Source of the DNA: Thraustochytrium aureum | Lineage: Eukaryota | Reading direction: 5' to 3' | DNA length: 51,046 nucleotides | Assembly: GCA_012862495.1 (NCBI GenBank) | Contig: BLSG01000104.1 | Location: 1 to 51,046, forward strand | Shown: positions 1-11,389 of the stretch, in pieces | Layout of the letters: every line of letters starts with the position of its first letter | Numbering within the stretch: position 1 is the first letter of the stretch | The notes under the pieces: generated by a model | What the model was told of the DNA's origin: nothing | The model's database searches: none | Seen by the model: only the letters and a program-made list of their open reading frames with translations | Position numbers and translations under genes: made by a program

Positions 1-421
1 TGTGAGCGAGATGAAACTCAAGCGGTGCAAGGTACGAGTATTGCATGTGTTGCACGGTCTATTCACAGAGCTGCTCAGGTGGCCCCGGGGCAGACCTTGC
101 TGTCATTGCTGCGCTTTCGCTTGATTGCAGAACCGCTCGCATGCGCCTTTCACCTTGGAATACCTATGGTCGCACTCGCTGTCGTCGAACATGTCATAGC
201 ACGGGCGTTGCGCTTAGCAAACAGAGAACGCAAATGGCGAGATTCGGTTCTGTGCGCTGTTTGTCCGCGGGCCTAAGGTGCAGTCGGAGCGTTTCGTTGC
301 ATCAAGCCCGGAAGGAGATCGAGCGCTGGCCCAAACACAAGCAACAGTGCGGCATCCACTACTTTTGTATTCAATTTACGGTTTCAGCGGCGCTTGCCGC
401 CCTGCGGCCGCACTTGCGGTT

Positions 422-1402
422 CTAATCTTTCTCCTCGGTCACGGCGAACTGGCTCAGGAGGTAGCTCACTCGCTCGAAGGGCACGCGTTCGTCGCAAAAA
501 GCGGTTTTCACAAGGTTGCGCAGCTTTTCCTTGCAGGCGGGCTGAAGCCGCATCTCTTTAAGCGTGTCGTCCGCTTTAGTCCGAACGCCCAACAAAGCTG
601 TGGCAGTGGCTACGTGCTGATGACCCAACTCACTCACGGCAGGATCGATGCCGAGCCATTCGCCATAGCTTTCAAGAGTTGGGACGTGGGTCTCCGTTCG
701 CGAGGTTCTCTTGATCTCCCAAAATGCATTTGCAAAGCACTTGGCCACGGCCTGGTTCGTCTTTATCATCGTGACGATCAGGTCCTCCACATCTTTCGGG
801 ACCCAAGACATGTACTTGGCGGCGCTAAATTTTTCCTCGGCGGTGAGTGCCTTGCCGACGTCCACTTGGTCCAATTCTTTGAAGGCAGCTTCGCGCTCCC
901 CGATGGCCACAAACACCGCGAGTGCCGCGGCCTCCTGCAGGGATGGCGCCTTCCTAGACTGTGAGTGGTTGCTTGGACCAGTTCGACGCCTCTTAGCTTC
1001 GGCGTCCGAGTCTACGCGGGATTCGTCTGCTGGAGCACTCGAGGCGGCGCGTGTGCGCGCCGGCGAGCACCTTCGCTTCTTAGAGGTTGCTGTCGAATCC
1101 TCGTTGCTGCCCTCCTGGCCTTGAGCGGGCGCTGTCTCGTCGGCAGGAACCTCGCCTGCGCATTCCGCTTCGGCGGCTTTCGGCGGCGCGGGCCTGCTCG
1201 CCCCGGCGTTGTGCGACCTCGGCGAACTTTCGACAGCGGGCAGCGTCGGCCCAGGCGCCGCGACCTCCGGCTGCAACTCGCTGTCCACCACTTCGGCGCC
1301 TTGTTCTCCTCGCGTCGCGCCAGGCTGCGTGCTGGCAGCCCGCTCGCTGGACGCGGGGCTGTCCTTGCGCTGTTTTCCAGCAAGACCTAGGATCGCCAAC
1401 AT
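422..1402 (-). CDS. Hypothetical protein (disordered N-half, helical C-terminal domain); start uncertain, may extend into the gap
   Basis: Open frame from the gap edge (1520) to TAG at 422-424; first visible ATG at 1402 (MLAILGLAG); protein-like C-terminal composition; no family recognised. Confidence 0.55.
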   Translation of the reverse strand: MLAILGLAGKQRKDSPASSERAASTQPGATRGEQGAEVVDSELQPEVAAPGPTLPAVESSPRSHNAGASRPAPPKAAEAECAGEVPADETAPAQGQEGSNEDSTATSKKRRCSPARTRAASSAPADESRVDSDAEAKRRRTGPSNHSQSRKAPSLQEAAALAVFVAIGEREAAFKELDQVDVGKALTAEEKFSAAKYMSWVPKDVEDLIVTMIKTNQAVAKCFANAFWEIKRTSRTETHVPTLESYGEWLGIDPAVSELGHQHVATATALLGVRTKADDTLKEMRLQPACKEKLRNLVKTAFCDERVPFERVSYLLSQFAVTEEKD

Positions 1403-2310
1403 TGCGCCGACCGACCGACCGACCGACGGACCGACCTGGCCGTGCGTCCTCGCAGATGCCACACTCGCGGCTCCACCACTGCGCGCAGCAGCTCTCGACC
1501 GGCCTCTTGCGTCACGTCCTNNNNNNNNNNNNNNNNNNNNNNNNNNNNNNNNNNNNNNNNNNNNNNNNNNNNNNNNNNNNNNNNNNNNNNNNNNNNNNNN
1601 NNNNNNNNNNNNNNNNNNNNNNNNNNNNNNNNNNNNNNNNNNNNNNNNNNNNNNNNNNNNNNNNNNNNNNNNNNNNNNNNNNNNNNNNNNNNNNNNNNNN
1701 NNNNNNNNNNNNNNNNNNNNNNNNNNNNNNNNNNNNNNNNNNNNNNNNNNNNNNNNNNNNNNNNNNNNNNNNNNNNNNNNNNNNNNNNNNNNNNNNNNNN
1801 NNNNNNNNNNNNNNNNNNNNNNNNNNNNNNNNNNNNNNNNNNNNNNNNNNNNNNNNNNNNNNNNNNNNNNNNNNNNNNNNNNNNNNNNNNNNNNNNNNNN
1901 NNNNNNNNNNNNNNNNNNNNNNNNNNNNNNNNNNNNNNNNNNNNNNNNNNNNNNNNNNNNNNNNNNNNNNNNNNNNNNNNNNNNNNNNNNNNNNNNNNNN
2001 NNNNNNNNNNNNNNNNNNNNNNNNNNNNNNNNNNNNNNNNNNNNNNNNNNNNNNNNNNNNNNNNNNNNNNNNNNNNNNNNNNNNNNNNNNNNNNNNNNNN
2101 NNNNNNNNNNNNNNNNNNNNNNNNNNNNNNNNNNNNNNNNNNNNNNNNNNNNNNNNNNNNNNNNNNNNNNNNNNNNNNNNNNNNNNNNNNNNNNNNNNNN
2201 NNNNNNNNNNNNNNNNNNNNNNNNNNNNNNNNNNNNNNNNNNNNNNNNNNNNNNNNNNNNNNNNNNNNNNNNNNNNNNNNNNNNNNNNNNNNNNNNNNNN
2301 NNNNNNNNNA

Positions 2311-3660
2311 GCTTTTCTTGCGGTGCTCGGCATGCTGGGCAACCAAGTCCTCGACCTGTCCAGAGCCAGGCTGCCGGACGGCAGCTTTTCGCGAGAGGCG
2401 CTCTCCATCGAGAGCATGGCGCTGCTGGCCAAGGCAATGTCCAAGTTCGCCGAGATGTGGGCGCGTTCGCCAAGTGCAATTGAACTCAACCTCGCGGGCA
2501 ACGAGCTGTGCAACACCGGAGCCAGGGCTGCGCTCGGCATGCTCCAGCGGACGATCGGGCTGCAGAAGCTCAACTTGGCGGACAACGACTTGGAGAGCAG
2601 CGTTGTCGCAGAGATCATGTCGGAAATCATACGTTCTGGCTCGGGGCTGATGGAGCTCGATCTCAGTGGCAACAAGATCGGCAACGCTGGCGCGTTGAAC
2701 ATCAAGGACAAAATCCGCACGTCCGAACTACGTGTCCTCCGCCTTGCGAGCTGCTCCATTGACGACGACGCGGCGGAAAAGCTCCACGAGGAGCTTCTCA
2801 AACGAGCTGGCTTCGAGCTCCTGGACCTCTCAGACAACGAGATCTCGTCTGATTGCTGCAAGAGATTGATCGAGTCTGCGACATCCTACAAGCTGGTTAT
2901 TGGACCTAGCCAAAGCTGCGGCGGCGGCGGCGGCAGCAACAAGTTTGGAGACGGTTTCGACATGGTCCAGGCTCCCGAGCTGGAAGAGGCTCGCGAGCGG
3001 GAAGAGGCTCGCGAGCGGGAGCAGGCTCGTGAGCGGAAAGAGGCTCGCAAGCGGGAAAAGGCTCGCGAGCGGGAAAAGGCTCGCGAGCGGGAAAAGGCTC
3101 GCGAGCTGGAAGAGGCTCGCGAGCGGGAAAAGGCTCGCGAGCGGGAAAAGGCTCACGAGCGGGAAAAGGCTCGCGAGCTGGAAGAGGCTCGCGAGCGGGA
3201 AGAAGCTCGAATCCAAGACGAGCGAGAACGGGCCCGAAACAAGCGCAAGCCAGAAAATCCTCGAATCCGCCAGCAGCAAGCACAAGCCAGGGGCACGAAC
3301 GAGGAGACTCACGATGCTCGCTATGTGAAGAAGGAGCCCCGCGCCCGCAAGCGTGTACAGAGTCCAACCAGCGAGGACGAAGACGGCGACAGCGACGCAG
3401 GTTCGAACGAATTTGAAATCGCGAAGGCGCGCAGAGAAGTGCAGCGAAAGGCATCGAGCAGTCCTGACAATCAGAGGAAGCGCCAGGTTCAACCCGAGCA
3501 GCCGCGGCCGGAGAAGAGACGTAAACCGTCGGTCTCAAGCCCGCAAAACAGCCAACCGGGATCACCGACGAAGCAAGCTGCTGCGCCGTCGAGGGTCCGC
3601 CAGAACGACCGGGGCAGCGGGGGTGTCATCAAGCAAGAGGGTGTGATCCCATCGATTTGA
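2311..3660 (+). CDS. Leucine-rich-repeat protein (RNI-like) with charged coiled-coil repeat and basic tail; 5' end in gap
   Basis: Repeated LxLxxNxI/L motifs (ELNLAGNEL, KLNLADNDL, ELDLSGNKIGNAGA, VLRLASCSI, LLDLSDNEI); TGA at 3658-3660. Confidence 0.85.
   Translation, partial: AFLAVLGMLGNQVLDLSRARLPDGSFSREALSIESMALLAKAMSKFAEMWARSPSAIELNLAGNELCNTGARAALGMLQRTIGLQKLNLADNDLESSVVAEIMSEIIRSGSGLMELDLSGNKIGNAGALNIKDKIRTSELRVLRLASCSIDDDAAEKLHEELLKRAGFELLDLSDNEISSDCCKRLIESATSYKLVIGPSQSCGGGGGSNKFGDGFDMVQAPELEEAREREEAREREQARERKEARKREKAREREKAREREKARELEEAREREKAREREKAHEREKARELEEAREREEARIQDERERARNKRKPENPRIRQQQAQARGTNEETHDARYVKKEPRARKRVQSPTSEDEDGDSDAGSNEFEIAKARREVQRKASSSPDNQRKRQVQPEQPRPEKRRKPSVSSPQNSQPGSPTKQAAAPSRVRQNDRGSGGVIKQEGVIPSI
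2977..3210 (+). repeat. Coding 18-bp tandem repeat x13 (EREKAR/ELEEAR)
   Basis: Unit GAGCGGGAAAAGGCTCGC with variants, read directly. Confidence 0.95.
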
Positions 3661-4376
3661 GCGACGAGTAGGTGACCGTCTTTCCTGCAGCAAGGCGGCG
3701 AGAGCAAATGCAGGCAACCTCTGGCGAGACTGACCACGAAGCGCAACAGCGCGCTCCGCCGCATGGCGCTGGCAAAGAGCAACACCTTCCCCACGCACGA
3801 GCAAGCCTTTCGCAGGCCCGCTCGCTCTGTCTCCTCTTGCAAAGCACGCGCGCGGATTTCCCTCCCACCTTGTAGATAGTCTTCCAGAACTTCAGTCAGG
3901 GTAAGTACTCTCCCTCGTACACATACCGGTGCCGCTCTCCCTGCGAAGAAGAAGCAACGCGTTTTGCTGGCTTTCTTTCTCTTGCGCTGGAAAAGCCGGC
4001 TCCGCACACGCGAACGCGCCCAGGGGCGCACTGAACGATGCGATGAGTGCGACTGATGCAACCAGGGCACGGCGCGCTCGCTTGATGATGCGCAGCCTGA
4101 TCGGTAGACTGGTCTTTCTGGCTCCTTCCGCTCGCGAGCGCCGGACGTTCGAGTCGCGTTGCGTTTTGCGTTGACGCGGAGGTCTGGCGAGTTGGTACTC
4201 GCACAGACGGTCTCTTGAAATCAATGAATCACTCCCCTTTCGACAGGAGCGCGCGCCCTCAGCAACATCTTATCGCGTGCCAGTCAAACCACCCTGAAAG
4301 GTAGATTTAGGACTGAGTATTGGCTGGGGCTCGTAGGTCCAGGGCACGAGCTTCCATCCGGACCTGCAGTCCCTGA

Positions 4377-5456
4377 TTGATTCCAAGCGAGCACGAACTT
4401 GTCGTCGCCGTTTGCTTCGGACGACGAGACACAGACGCAGCCGGCATCGAAGACGAGCCAGCAGGCAGCATGCGGCCGGCGCATCCTTGCGACGAGGACA
4501 TCAAGCGAGAGCTTCGACGCAAGGGGCTCTCGTCGTTCACCAGCAGCGGGAACGACCTGTCACCTTGGGGCATCGTCGGTGGCGCGGCAAGCAAAGCCAA
4601 GGTGAAAAAGAGGCTGCGACGCGTGGACGTGACAGCCGACTGCGCGTTGGCCAGCGCCGTGGACGCGGACAAGTTCTTTGCGACGACGCGGCCCGCACGC
4701 GCGCCAAGGCTCACGATGGAGATCGTCCTGCTTCGCGAGGCCGTCAAGGGGCGGTCATACTCGCACCTCGAGGAGGTCGTGGGCCACTTCAAGGTAGACC
4801 TTAGCGCGTTTGTAGAGAGCGCGGCGATGCGAGCCGCGNNNNNNNNNNNNNNNNNNNNNNNNNNNNNNNNNNNNNNNNNNNNNNNNNNNNNNNNNNNNNN
4901 NNNNNNNNNNNNNNNNNNNNNNNNNNNNNNNNNNNNNNNNNNNNNNNNNNNNNNNNNNNNNNNNNNNNNNNNNNNNNNNNNNNNNNNNNNNNNNNNNNNN
5001 NNNNNNNNNNNNNNNNNNNNNNNNNNNNNNNNNNNNNNNNNNNNNNNNNNNNNNNNNNNNNNNNNNNNNNNNNNNNNNNGCGAGCCGCGGTGGCACCAGC
5101 CCAAGGGCCGCGGCGGTAAGCTTGCAGTCTTCGACCAAGACATCGAGTTCGACTTTGGCGGCCTCGCAAACCTAACCTGCAACTTTATTCTCTATGAGCT
5201 GCGCTTCCGCGGCAAGACCAAGGTCAAGTTTTCGGTAGAGGGCAAGCGCGTGGCCGTTCACAAGCGCATGGAGGCCGGCACCCCAACCGCGGACCTCCTG
5301 CGCGGCGTGGCCAACTTTGCAACGCGGTTTCGCCTGCGCGGCTCGCCACCCACCAAGTGCTGCAACCGGCTTATGTACTCTGTCGAATACTCTGCCATGC
5401 AGGTGTTTTTCCAAATCCATGAGGCGCTGGCAGCCATTGGAACGCTGCCGCGCTGA
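4377..5456 (+). CDS. Hypothetical protein spanning a gap; start uncertain
   Basis: Protein-like open frames on both sides of the 4839-5079 gap, TGA at 5454-5456; no family recognised. Confidence 0.5.
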   Translation: MIPSEHELVVAVCFGRRDTDAAGIEDEPAGSMRPAHPCDEDIKRELRRKGLSSFTSSGNDLSPWGIVGGAASKAKVKKRLRRVDVTADCALASAVDADKFFATTRPARAPRLTMEIVLLREAVKGRSYSHLEEVVGHFKVDLSAFVESAAMRAAXXXXXXXXXXXXXXXXXXXXXXXXXXXXXXXXXXXXXXXXXXXXXXXXXXXXXXXXXXXXXXXXXXXXXXXXXXXXXXXXXEPRWHQPKGRGGKLAVFDQDIEFDFGGLANLTCNFILYELRFRGKTKVKFSVEGKRVAVHKRMEAGTPTADLLRGVANFATRFRLRGSPPTKCCNRLMYSVEYSAMQVFFQIHEALAAIGTLPR

Positions 5457-5723
5457 CCCTGTAGCCAGATGTAGTTTTTTAAAGTGTGCCATTGCGAGAC
5501 GAGACTTGGAGCGTCATCTTGCCGCGTTGGAGGCGAGGATGACTCGGCCCAGCCCGGGGCCGGGATAGAACTGCAGCCACAGACGCCGCCGCCAAATCCG
5601 CCGCGACTGGCGCCGCGAGGTGCCGGCATGCAGTAAAAGTAAAACGAACAAGAAACAGAAAAACAAAATGCTGAGGTTCATCACCGCAGTCGCCAGGGTG
5701 GCGACGGAATAGCGAAAAGCGGC

Positions 5724-8423
5724 CTACACCTCGCCGCCGCCAAACTCCTTGCGCTGCGCGCTGCTGCCAAAGCTCGGATTGCGCGTGGAAACCGAGCCAG
5801 TGCTTTGCATCTGCATCGCAACCTTCTCCTTGCGCACCATCTCCTGCAGCTGCGAGCGCTCCTCTTCGAGGCGGCGGATCTCGGCCGTCTTGGGCTGCTT
5901 GGGCACTTGGCTCTTTTCGCGCAGGATAGCTTGGCGCGAGGAAAGCAGGGCGCCCCCAACGGCGCCGAGGTTGGCATCATCAGCGTAGAGCACATCTTTG
6001 TCGAGGTTGTAGATGCGGCCCTCCTCGATGAACGCCTTGTCGTCGCGCCACTTGCGGCGGTAGCGCACCATGAGGAGCGCGGCGATGACGAAAAACACCG
6101 CGGCGCCACCGCCACCAGCGGCGATCGCGGCAATGTTCGAGTCGTCGCCAGTCGTGTCGTTCGGGTCGCTCGTGGCCGGGTCCGCCACTGGGACGACAGG
6201 CGGCGGAATGGTGTTAATCGCGCTCTGCACATTCGAGAAGAAGCACTTTTCCGGGTTTGTCGAGTTGAGAGCGACAACCGCCTCCATGTACGACTGCCCT
6301 TCGACGGGGACCATGGTAACAGTGACGTCGCAATCTTCGCCGTACGCAGCGTACAAAGCGTAGCTCACGTTCGATACGGAGCTGGCCATCGTTGCCGTGT
6401 AGGTCCCGTTCCCGTTGTCGACCGGGATGATGTCGACGACGTCGGGCTTGCTGCCGCCGACAGTATACCTTGTCGAGCCAGCGTCGGCCTGCAGTGCTCG
6501 GCGCGCGCCGGAGGGAGCCGGAAGCTCGACGAACTTGCCCTTCAGGAGGTGGCTGTAGCCGCCAAACGGGATGAGCTCCTTGCACTCGTCTACGAGCTGA
6601 ATGCTAAAGCCGAGCAGAGCGCTGCCGTCCGCCACCAGTTCCTTGGGGGGCGCATCCGGGAAGAGATCGATCGGCTCGCTCAACTCGTAAACAGTGGGCA
6701 TCGTGTACACCTTCCACGAGGTGACGGCTTGTGCCACGGCATTCGGCCCGTTCGCCGAGGTGAAGCCAAGGTAGGCGTTGACGCCCCCGATGACCTGGTC
6801 CACCCGGAAGTCAAAGTGCTCCATAAGCAGCACGTCGTTTTCGTAGACGCGGAGGAGCGACGCCTGCTCCATGTAGACGATGCGGATATTCATTTCCGCC
6901 CGGCGCGACAGGAAGCTCCTGAAGACGAGCGACTCGGACGGGGGCACTGTGCCGGCCTCGTACGGGCTGTAGTCGATCGAAACAAACTCCTCCAAGCAGG
7001 TATCGCCTGCCCCTCGGTTCGCGCAAAGGTCAAAGGCGATCGCAATCGAGTTGGGAATCTTCTTGTACCCAAGCCCGGGACCGAGGCTGACTGGAATGTT
7101 CGACAAGCCCTGGGGGCTCCTGTGCATGACGAAAGCAAATCCGTCGAGCAAACCCAGCTCGCTGGGCTCGATCTCGATCCTGAACTCGGCGATAAAGCCT
7201 CCCACAAGGTTTTGCATACCACGATTGAAGAGGTAAGACGACGAGTGGGCGAACTTGCCGTTGTTGATCCAAAGCTTGTCGTCCACGCCGGCTCCGATGG
7301 ACGCGACCCAGTTCGCGGCCAGCTCTGGCTTGGTGGCTGGGAACTCGACCGAGAGGGCGCCCTTGTCCAGCACCGTGCACGTCGAAGGCGCAAGCGTGGT
7401 TGGCCCTCGCGTAGGGGAGTGGGTCGGGAACGTGGTCGGCGACGGCGTCGGCGCGTCCGAAGTTGGCTCGGGCGTCGGTGATTTGGTCGGGCTTGCGGTC
7501 ACGCACACCGTGCTGGAGACCAAGGCAAGCAGCTTGTCCACGAACAAGTTCAAGTTCCAGGTGGAAATGTCAAAGTCGTACACGTTTGACATGCCCTCGA
7601 AGAGGTCTTTCCTCGCATATATAATGCGGCCGTAGATGAGCTCGGTGTCGGTCACTTTCAGAAGCTCAGTCGCGGCAAGCTGCGCTCGACGCTTGGCCTC
7701 TGTCTCGCCACTGAAGAAATTTGGGCTCGCGCCGTAGTGTGTCGGGGCGCCGTCGGTAAGCAGGACCACAATGACCTTTTGCCCGGCCATGCCGGGCGAT
7801 TTGCGGATCTCCAGCGATTTCCTGAGCGCGTCCTCAATGTTTGTCCATCCTCCTTCGTGCTTCAGGCTCATAATCTTGGGCTCGATCTCGCACATCGATT
7901 GCGGGTAAAACCGTGAACTGTCATAGTTCTCGTAGGAGCTGAACTTGAGAGCGGAGACGTTGCGCAACACCTTGCCCGGAATGTGCGAAAGCGAGGCCGT
8001 CACATCCACGGCAAACCGAGTCATGTAGTCGAACTGTTCACGACGCACCGAACCAGACTCGTCCATCAAGAAGATCATGCTGTACTCGCGCGAACCGCAA
8101 GCGAGGTCTTCCACCGTGCCGCGCGTATAGAGCCTTTCACTTCCCGACGTAGAGCACTCCCCTTCAACTTTTGTGCACTTGGCGCTGCCGCCACTCTCTG
8201 CGGGCACGTATTTCACGCCCTTGCACGTTTCGTCCGCCTTGCACAAGTCCTGGCAGCCCTTCAAACATTCGACGTCGGTCGTTGCGCCTATCGCCACACA
8301 GTTGCCAGTCCCGCTTGACGGAAGAAATCGTTCTATGTCAACCATCTCGCCGATGGCGGTGTCTGCCTTCGCCTGCCATGCCGAGGCAGCGAGCGCGGCG
8401 ACCGCCAGGACGAGCCCTTTCAT
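5724..8423 (-). CDS. Type I membrane adhesin-like protein: signal peptide, PAN/apple-like Cys domain, vWA, Pro/Thr stalk, legume-type lectin domain, Ig-like segment, TM, cytoplasmic tail
   Basis: MKGLVLAVAALAASAWQAKA signal; MIDAS DESGS...GWTN...LLTDG; SPTKSPTPEPT stalk; DGFAFV/GLGY/SIAIAFD/AYLGFTS L-lectin motifs; DNGNGTY; TM AAVFFVIAALLMV followed by RYRRK. Confidence 0.88.
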   Translation of the reverse strand: MKGLVLAVAALAASAWQAKADTAIGEMVDIERFLPSSGTGNCVAIGATTDVECLKGCQDLCKADETCKGVKYVPAESGGSAKCTKVEGECSTSGSERLYTRGTVEDLACGSREYSMIFLMDESGSVRREQFDYMTRFAVDVTASLSHIPGKVLRNVSALKFSSYENYDSSRFYPQSMCEIEPKIMSLKHEGGWTNIEDALRKSLEIRKSPGMAGQKVIVVLLTDGAPTHYGASPNFFSGETEAKRRAQLAATELLKVTDTELIYGRIIYARKDLFEGMSNVYDFDISTWNLNLFVDKLLALVSSTVCVTASPTKSPTPEPTSDAPTPSPTTFPTHSPTRGPTTLAPSTCTVLDKGALSVEFPATKPELAANWVASIGAGVDDKLWINNGKFAHSSSYLFNRGMQNLVGGFIAEFRIEIEPSELGLLDGFAFVMHRSPQGLSNIPVSLGPGLGYKKIPNSIAIAFDLCANRGAGDTCLEEFVSIDYSPYEAGTVPPSESLVFRSFLSRRAEMNIRIVYMEQASLLRVYENDVLLMEHFDFRVDQVIGGVNAYLGFTSANGPNAVAQAVTSWKVYTMPTVYELSEPIDLFPDAPPKELVADGSALLGFSIQLVDECKELIPFGGYSHLLKGKFVELPAPSGARRALQADAGSTRYTVGGSKPDVVDIIPVDNGNGTYTATMASSVSNVSYALYAAYGEDCDVTVTMVPVEGQSYMEAVVALNSTNPEKCFFSNVQSAINTIPPPVVPVADPATSDPNDTTGDDSNIAAIAAGGGGAAVFFVIAALLMVRYRRKWRDDKAFIEEGRIYNLDKDVLYADDANLGAVGGALLSSRQAILREKSQVPKQPKTAEIRRLEEERSQLQEMVRKEKVAMQMQSTGSVSTRNPSFGSSAQRKEFGGGEV

Positions 8424-9959
8424 CGTTGGCCTCCAAATTTCCGCTCTTCGGGCTGGGCAGGGCGTGTTCCAGGCCGTGCTGAGCACGGCAGCGTCCACGC
8501 GACGCGTAGTTTCCCGATCTGGTGCAGCACTGTGGCACCTCCTGGTCGCCACAGCCGCAACTCCACGACGACGACGACGGCGATGGGTGACTGATGAGAG
8601 TCTGCTCGATGCAGGCATCATGATGGTTGGCACGCGGCTGTCTCACATTCGAAGTGGGCGAGCTACAAACCCCCCTTTTCCTTCCCTCCTTCCTTCCTTC
8701 CTGCCTGCCTGCCACCTTTCCATCCTTCCCCCTTTCGTTTCAAATGCACAACTCGAGCAGCTGGGTGCGAAAAGTTGTCGCTAGTGGTGAAACAACATAA
8801 CTCGCCGAGCGAGCCGCGGCTGTGCAGAGCGGCTGGGGGGCGTGCATCCTGTCCAAGCGCTTCAAGTTGCTCGGGGCGGGCGCAACCCGCGCACCGACGC
8901 TGCAGGTCCGCCTTGCTGCAGCAGTCGCCGGAGTTCATCCTCGTTGCTTGAACCGCGCGGATTCGCAATTCGCCCAGCCAGCTGCGCAATTTGTGGCGCG
9001 CGCTTGTTTGATTGATGATTGATCAGAATAATCCCAGCACTGACTGCAGAGGCAAGCGAACTTGAAGGTGGTTTTAGCGCGGCCACCATGATTGTCGCAG
9101 GCTGGCCGAGCATCTCCTGCCCACTCGCTCACTGGCTCGTCAATGAAGAAACGCCATGCAAAACACAACCAAAAAACAACCACTCAAAAAACGCAAGGCA
9201 GTACAGCTAGCCAGAGCTACCTGCCTATCTCGAGGGATGAGGAGTGGACGCGGCAAACAATGCACACGCTGTGGCGCTTTGTGAGCGCAGTTGGACAAGA
9301 CCACCACCTCTTCGAGTTCTCATTGGGGGCGCTCCTACCCAGCCCGAGAGAGTCTGTCTACCGCTCTCACCAAGTCTCGCCGCCGGTGCAAAGAGCGATT
9401 CTTGCTCTTGATTTAGCCACTCGACATACTTGGTTGGAGTTCGAGTGGGAGGCCTTCGAGCGGCACCGGTTGAACAGACACTGGACACGGCTGCTGCACC
9501 TCACGGGCCGGGGGAGGGAAGGCGGAGCATGTCCAGATCCATCATGACACATGGGGGACTCTGGAACATTTCACAAGCCTGCCAGCGAGGCACGCTCACT
9601 GGCGAATGGGCATTCTCTTCCTCCACCGCTCTCAAGAGTGGTGTTGGTTGACCCGAGCCGATCTCGAAAGAGCAGAGCACAAAACAGCGGAGGACAGAGG
9701 TCAGCCGCCGTCATGCGCAAGGCACGCACGGGTGCACGGGTTGCGAGCGCGAGAGCGGCGAGGCAGCGCGGCGAGGCAGCGCGGCGAGGCAGAGCGGGCA
9801 AGGGCTGCGTTGGCGCTGGCGGAAAGCGCACCTGCGGGCCGGCCTCGCTCGCACCGATCGCGTTCAGTGAAGGGAGGAGTTCGAGTCGGCGAGCAAAGCA
9901 AGGGCCAGGCGGAACGACGTTTTGGGATTTACTGTGTGCATTAGGTGGCGCATCCGGCA

Positions 9960-11389
9960 TCAGTCGCTGTCGCTGTCGAAGGTGATGCTGTTGACAGCGC
10001 CTGGGTCGATCGAGCCGCCGCGGTACCCGCCCCGCTTCTTCTTGTTCTTCTCCTTGGTGAAGTCCTTGCCGCGGACTTTGCTGAGGATCGACTGGGCCTT
10101 GTAGCCCCAGCCCGCCTCCCCGAAAGCGGCCTCGTACGTGTTGTCGAGCAGCCGCTCGTCCTTGATCTTGTTGATCTCGGACTCGACGTCGACGCGCTGG
10201 AAGCGCTTGATTTCACGCTTCTTGCGAGGCGGCTCTCCCGCAGACTCGCCAACCACCTGCTCTGCGTAGCGATCCTCCGTGCTCGACTCGTCAATCTTGC
10301 GCTTTCGCGACGGGAGCTCGGCCTCGGGCTCCGGCTTGGCCCCCTCGTCCTTTTTGGCCTTCTCCTTCTTGACAGGCTCGGCCTCCTCCTTCTTGGCCTT
10401 CTTGGCAGGCTTTTCGGTTTCTGGCTTCTCCCCCTCGTCGCTATCGCTGTCGCTGTCGCTGTCGCTACTGCTATCGCCTTCGCTCGAGCTGCTCGATGCG
10501 TCTTTTTTGGCACTCACGTCCTTTGCCGACTTTGATGCTGGGGCCTCTTCGTCGTCGTCCGAAGAGTCAGAGTCAGAGTCAGAACCGGAGTCTGCCTTCT
10601 TTACTGCAGCTTTGGCTTCCTCTTCTGATTCCGAGTCGGACGAGTCCTCCTCTGCAACCTTCTTGGCTTTGTTCTCAGCTTGTTTACCAGACCCTGACTC
10701 CGAGTCGGACGAGTCCGCAGCGGCGTCGACGTCCGCCTTCGCCTTGCTCTTCGTTTGCTGCTCCTCGGAATCGGATTCGGAGTCAGAATCGGAATCAGAC
10801 GACGAGCTGGACGAGGAGTCGCCCTCCTCATCCTTTTCTGGCGTCACTTCGGTCTTGCTTGGGGCCTCCTCCGTGTCGGAGCCGCTGCTGTCGCTGCTGC
10901 TGTCGCTCGAGTCCGAGTCGGATTTCTTGCTCACCGGCTTCTCCCCCCTCCTCGGCTTCCTTCTCATCGTCGCTGTCGTTGTCCGAGCTGCTCGACGACG
11001 ACGACGACGACGAGTCTTCATCCGAGTCGCTCCCCGCATCACCGTCTTTCGCGCTGACCGCGGGCATTGCCTTTTTCCACAGCCGCGCGNNNNNNNNNNN
11101 NNNNNNNNNNNNNNNNNNNNNNNNNNNNNNNNNNNNNNNNNNNNNNNNNNNNNNNNNNNNNNNNNNNNNNNNNNNNNNNNNNNNNNNNNNNNNNNNNNNN
11201 NNNNNNNNNNNNNNNNNNNNNNNNNNNNNNNNNNNNNNNNNNNNNNNNNNNNNNNNNNNNNNNNNNNNNNNNNNNNNNNNNNNTGACGAGCTTGTCCACA
11301 ACCTTGTCGAGCCCGTCCAGGCGGTCCAGGAACGCGACGGCGACGCCGAGCGCCGCGACGTCCACGGGAGACAGAGGAGCGCCCTTCAT
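9960..11389 (-). CDS. SRP40: Nucleolar phosphoprotein SRP40/Nopp140 (NOLC1) homolog; gap and one frameshift near 10945
   Basis: Alternating Ser/Asp-rich and Lys-rich blocks; SRP40_C domain (FQRVD...LLDNTY...WGYKA...VRGKDFTKEKNKKKRGGYRGGSI...NSITF); LisH-like start MKGAPLSPVDVAALGVAVAFL at 11389. Confidence 0.9.

Noticed and set aside
1087..2479. ORFs bridging the N gaps (e.g. 1087..3660, 422..2479, 46252..48414)
   Set aside because: Frame continuity through Ns is an artefact; only the flanking segments were evaluated.
8424..8633. N-terminal extension of the vWA adhesin in the ORF track
   Set aside because: The signal peptide begins at ATG 8423; the upstream part looks like UTR.
9092..9547. 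151-aa plus-strand ORF
   Set aside because: No recognisable motif or clear start, so coding status cannot be supported.
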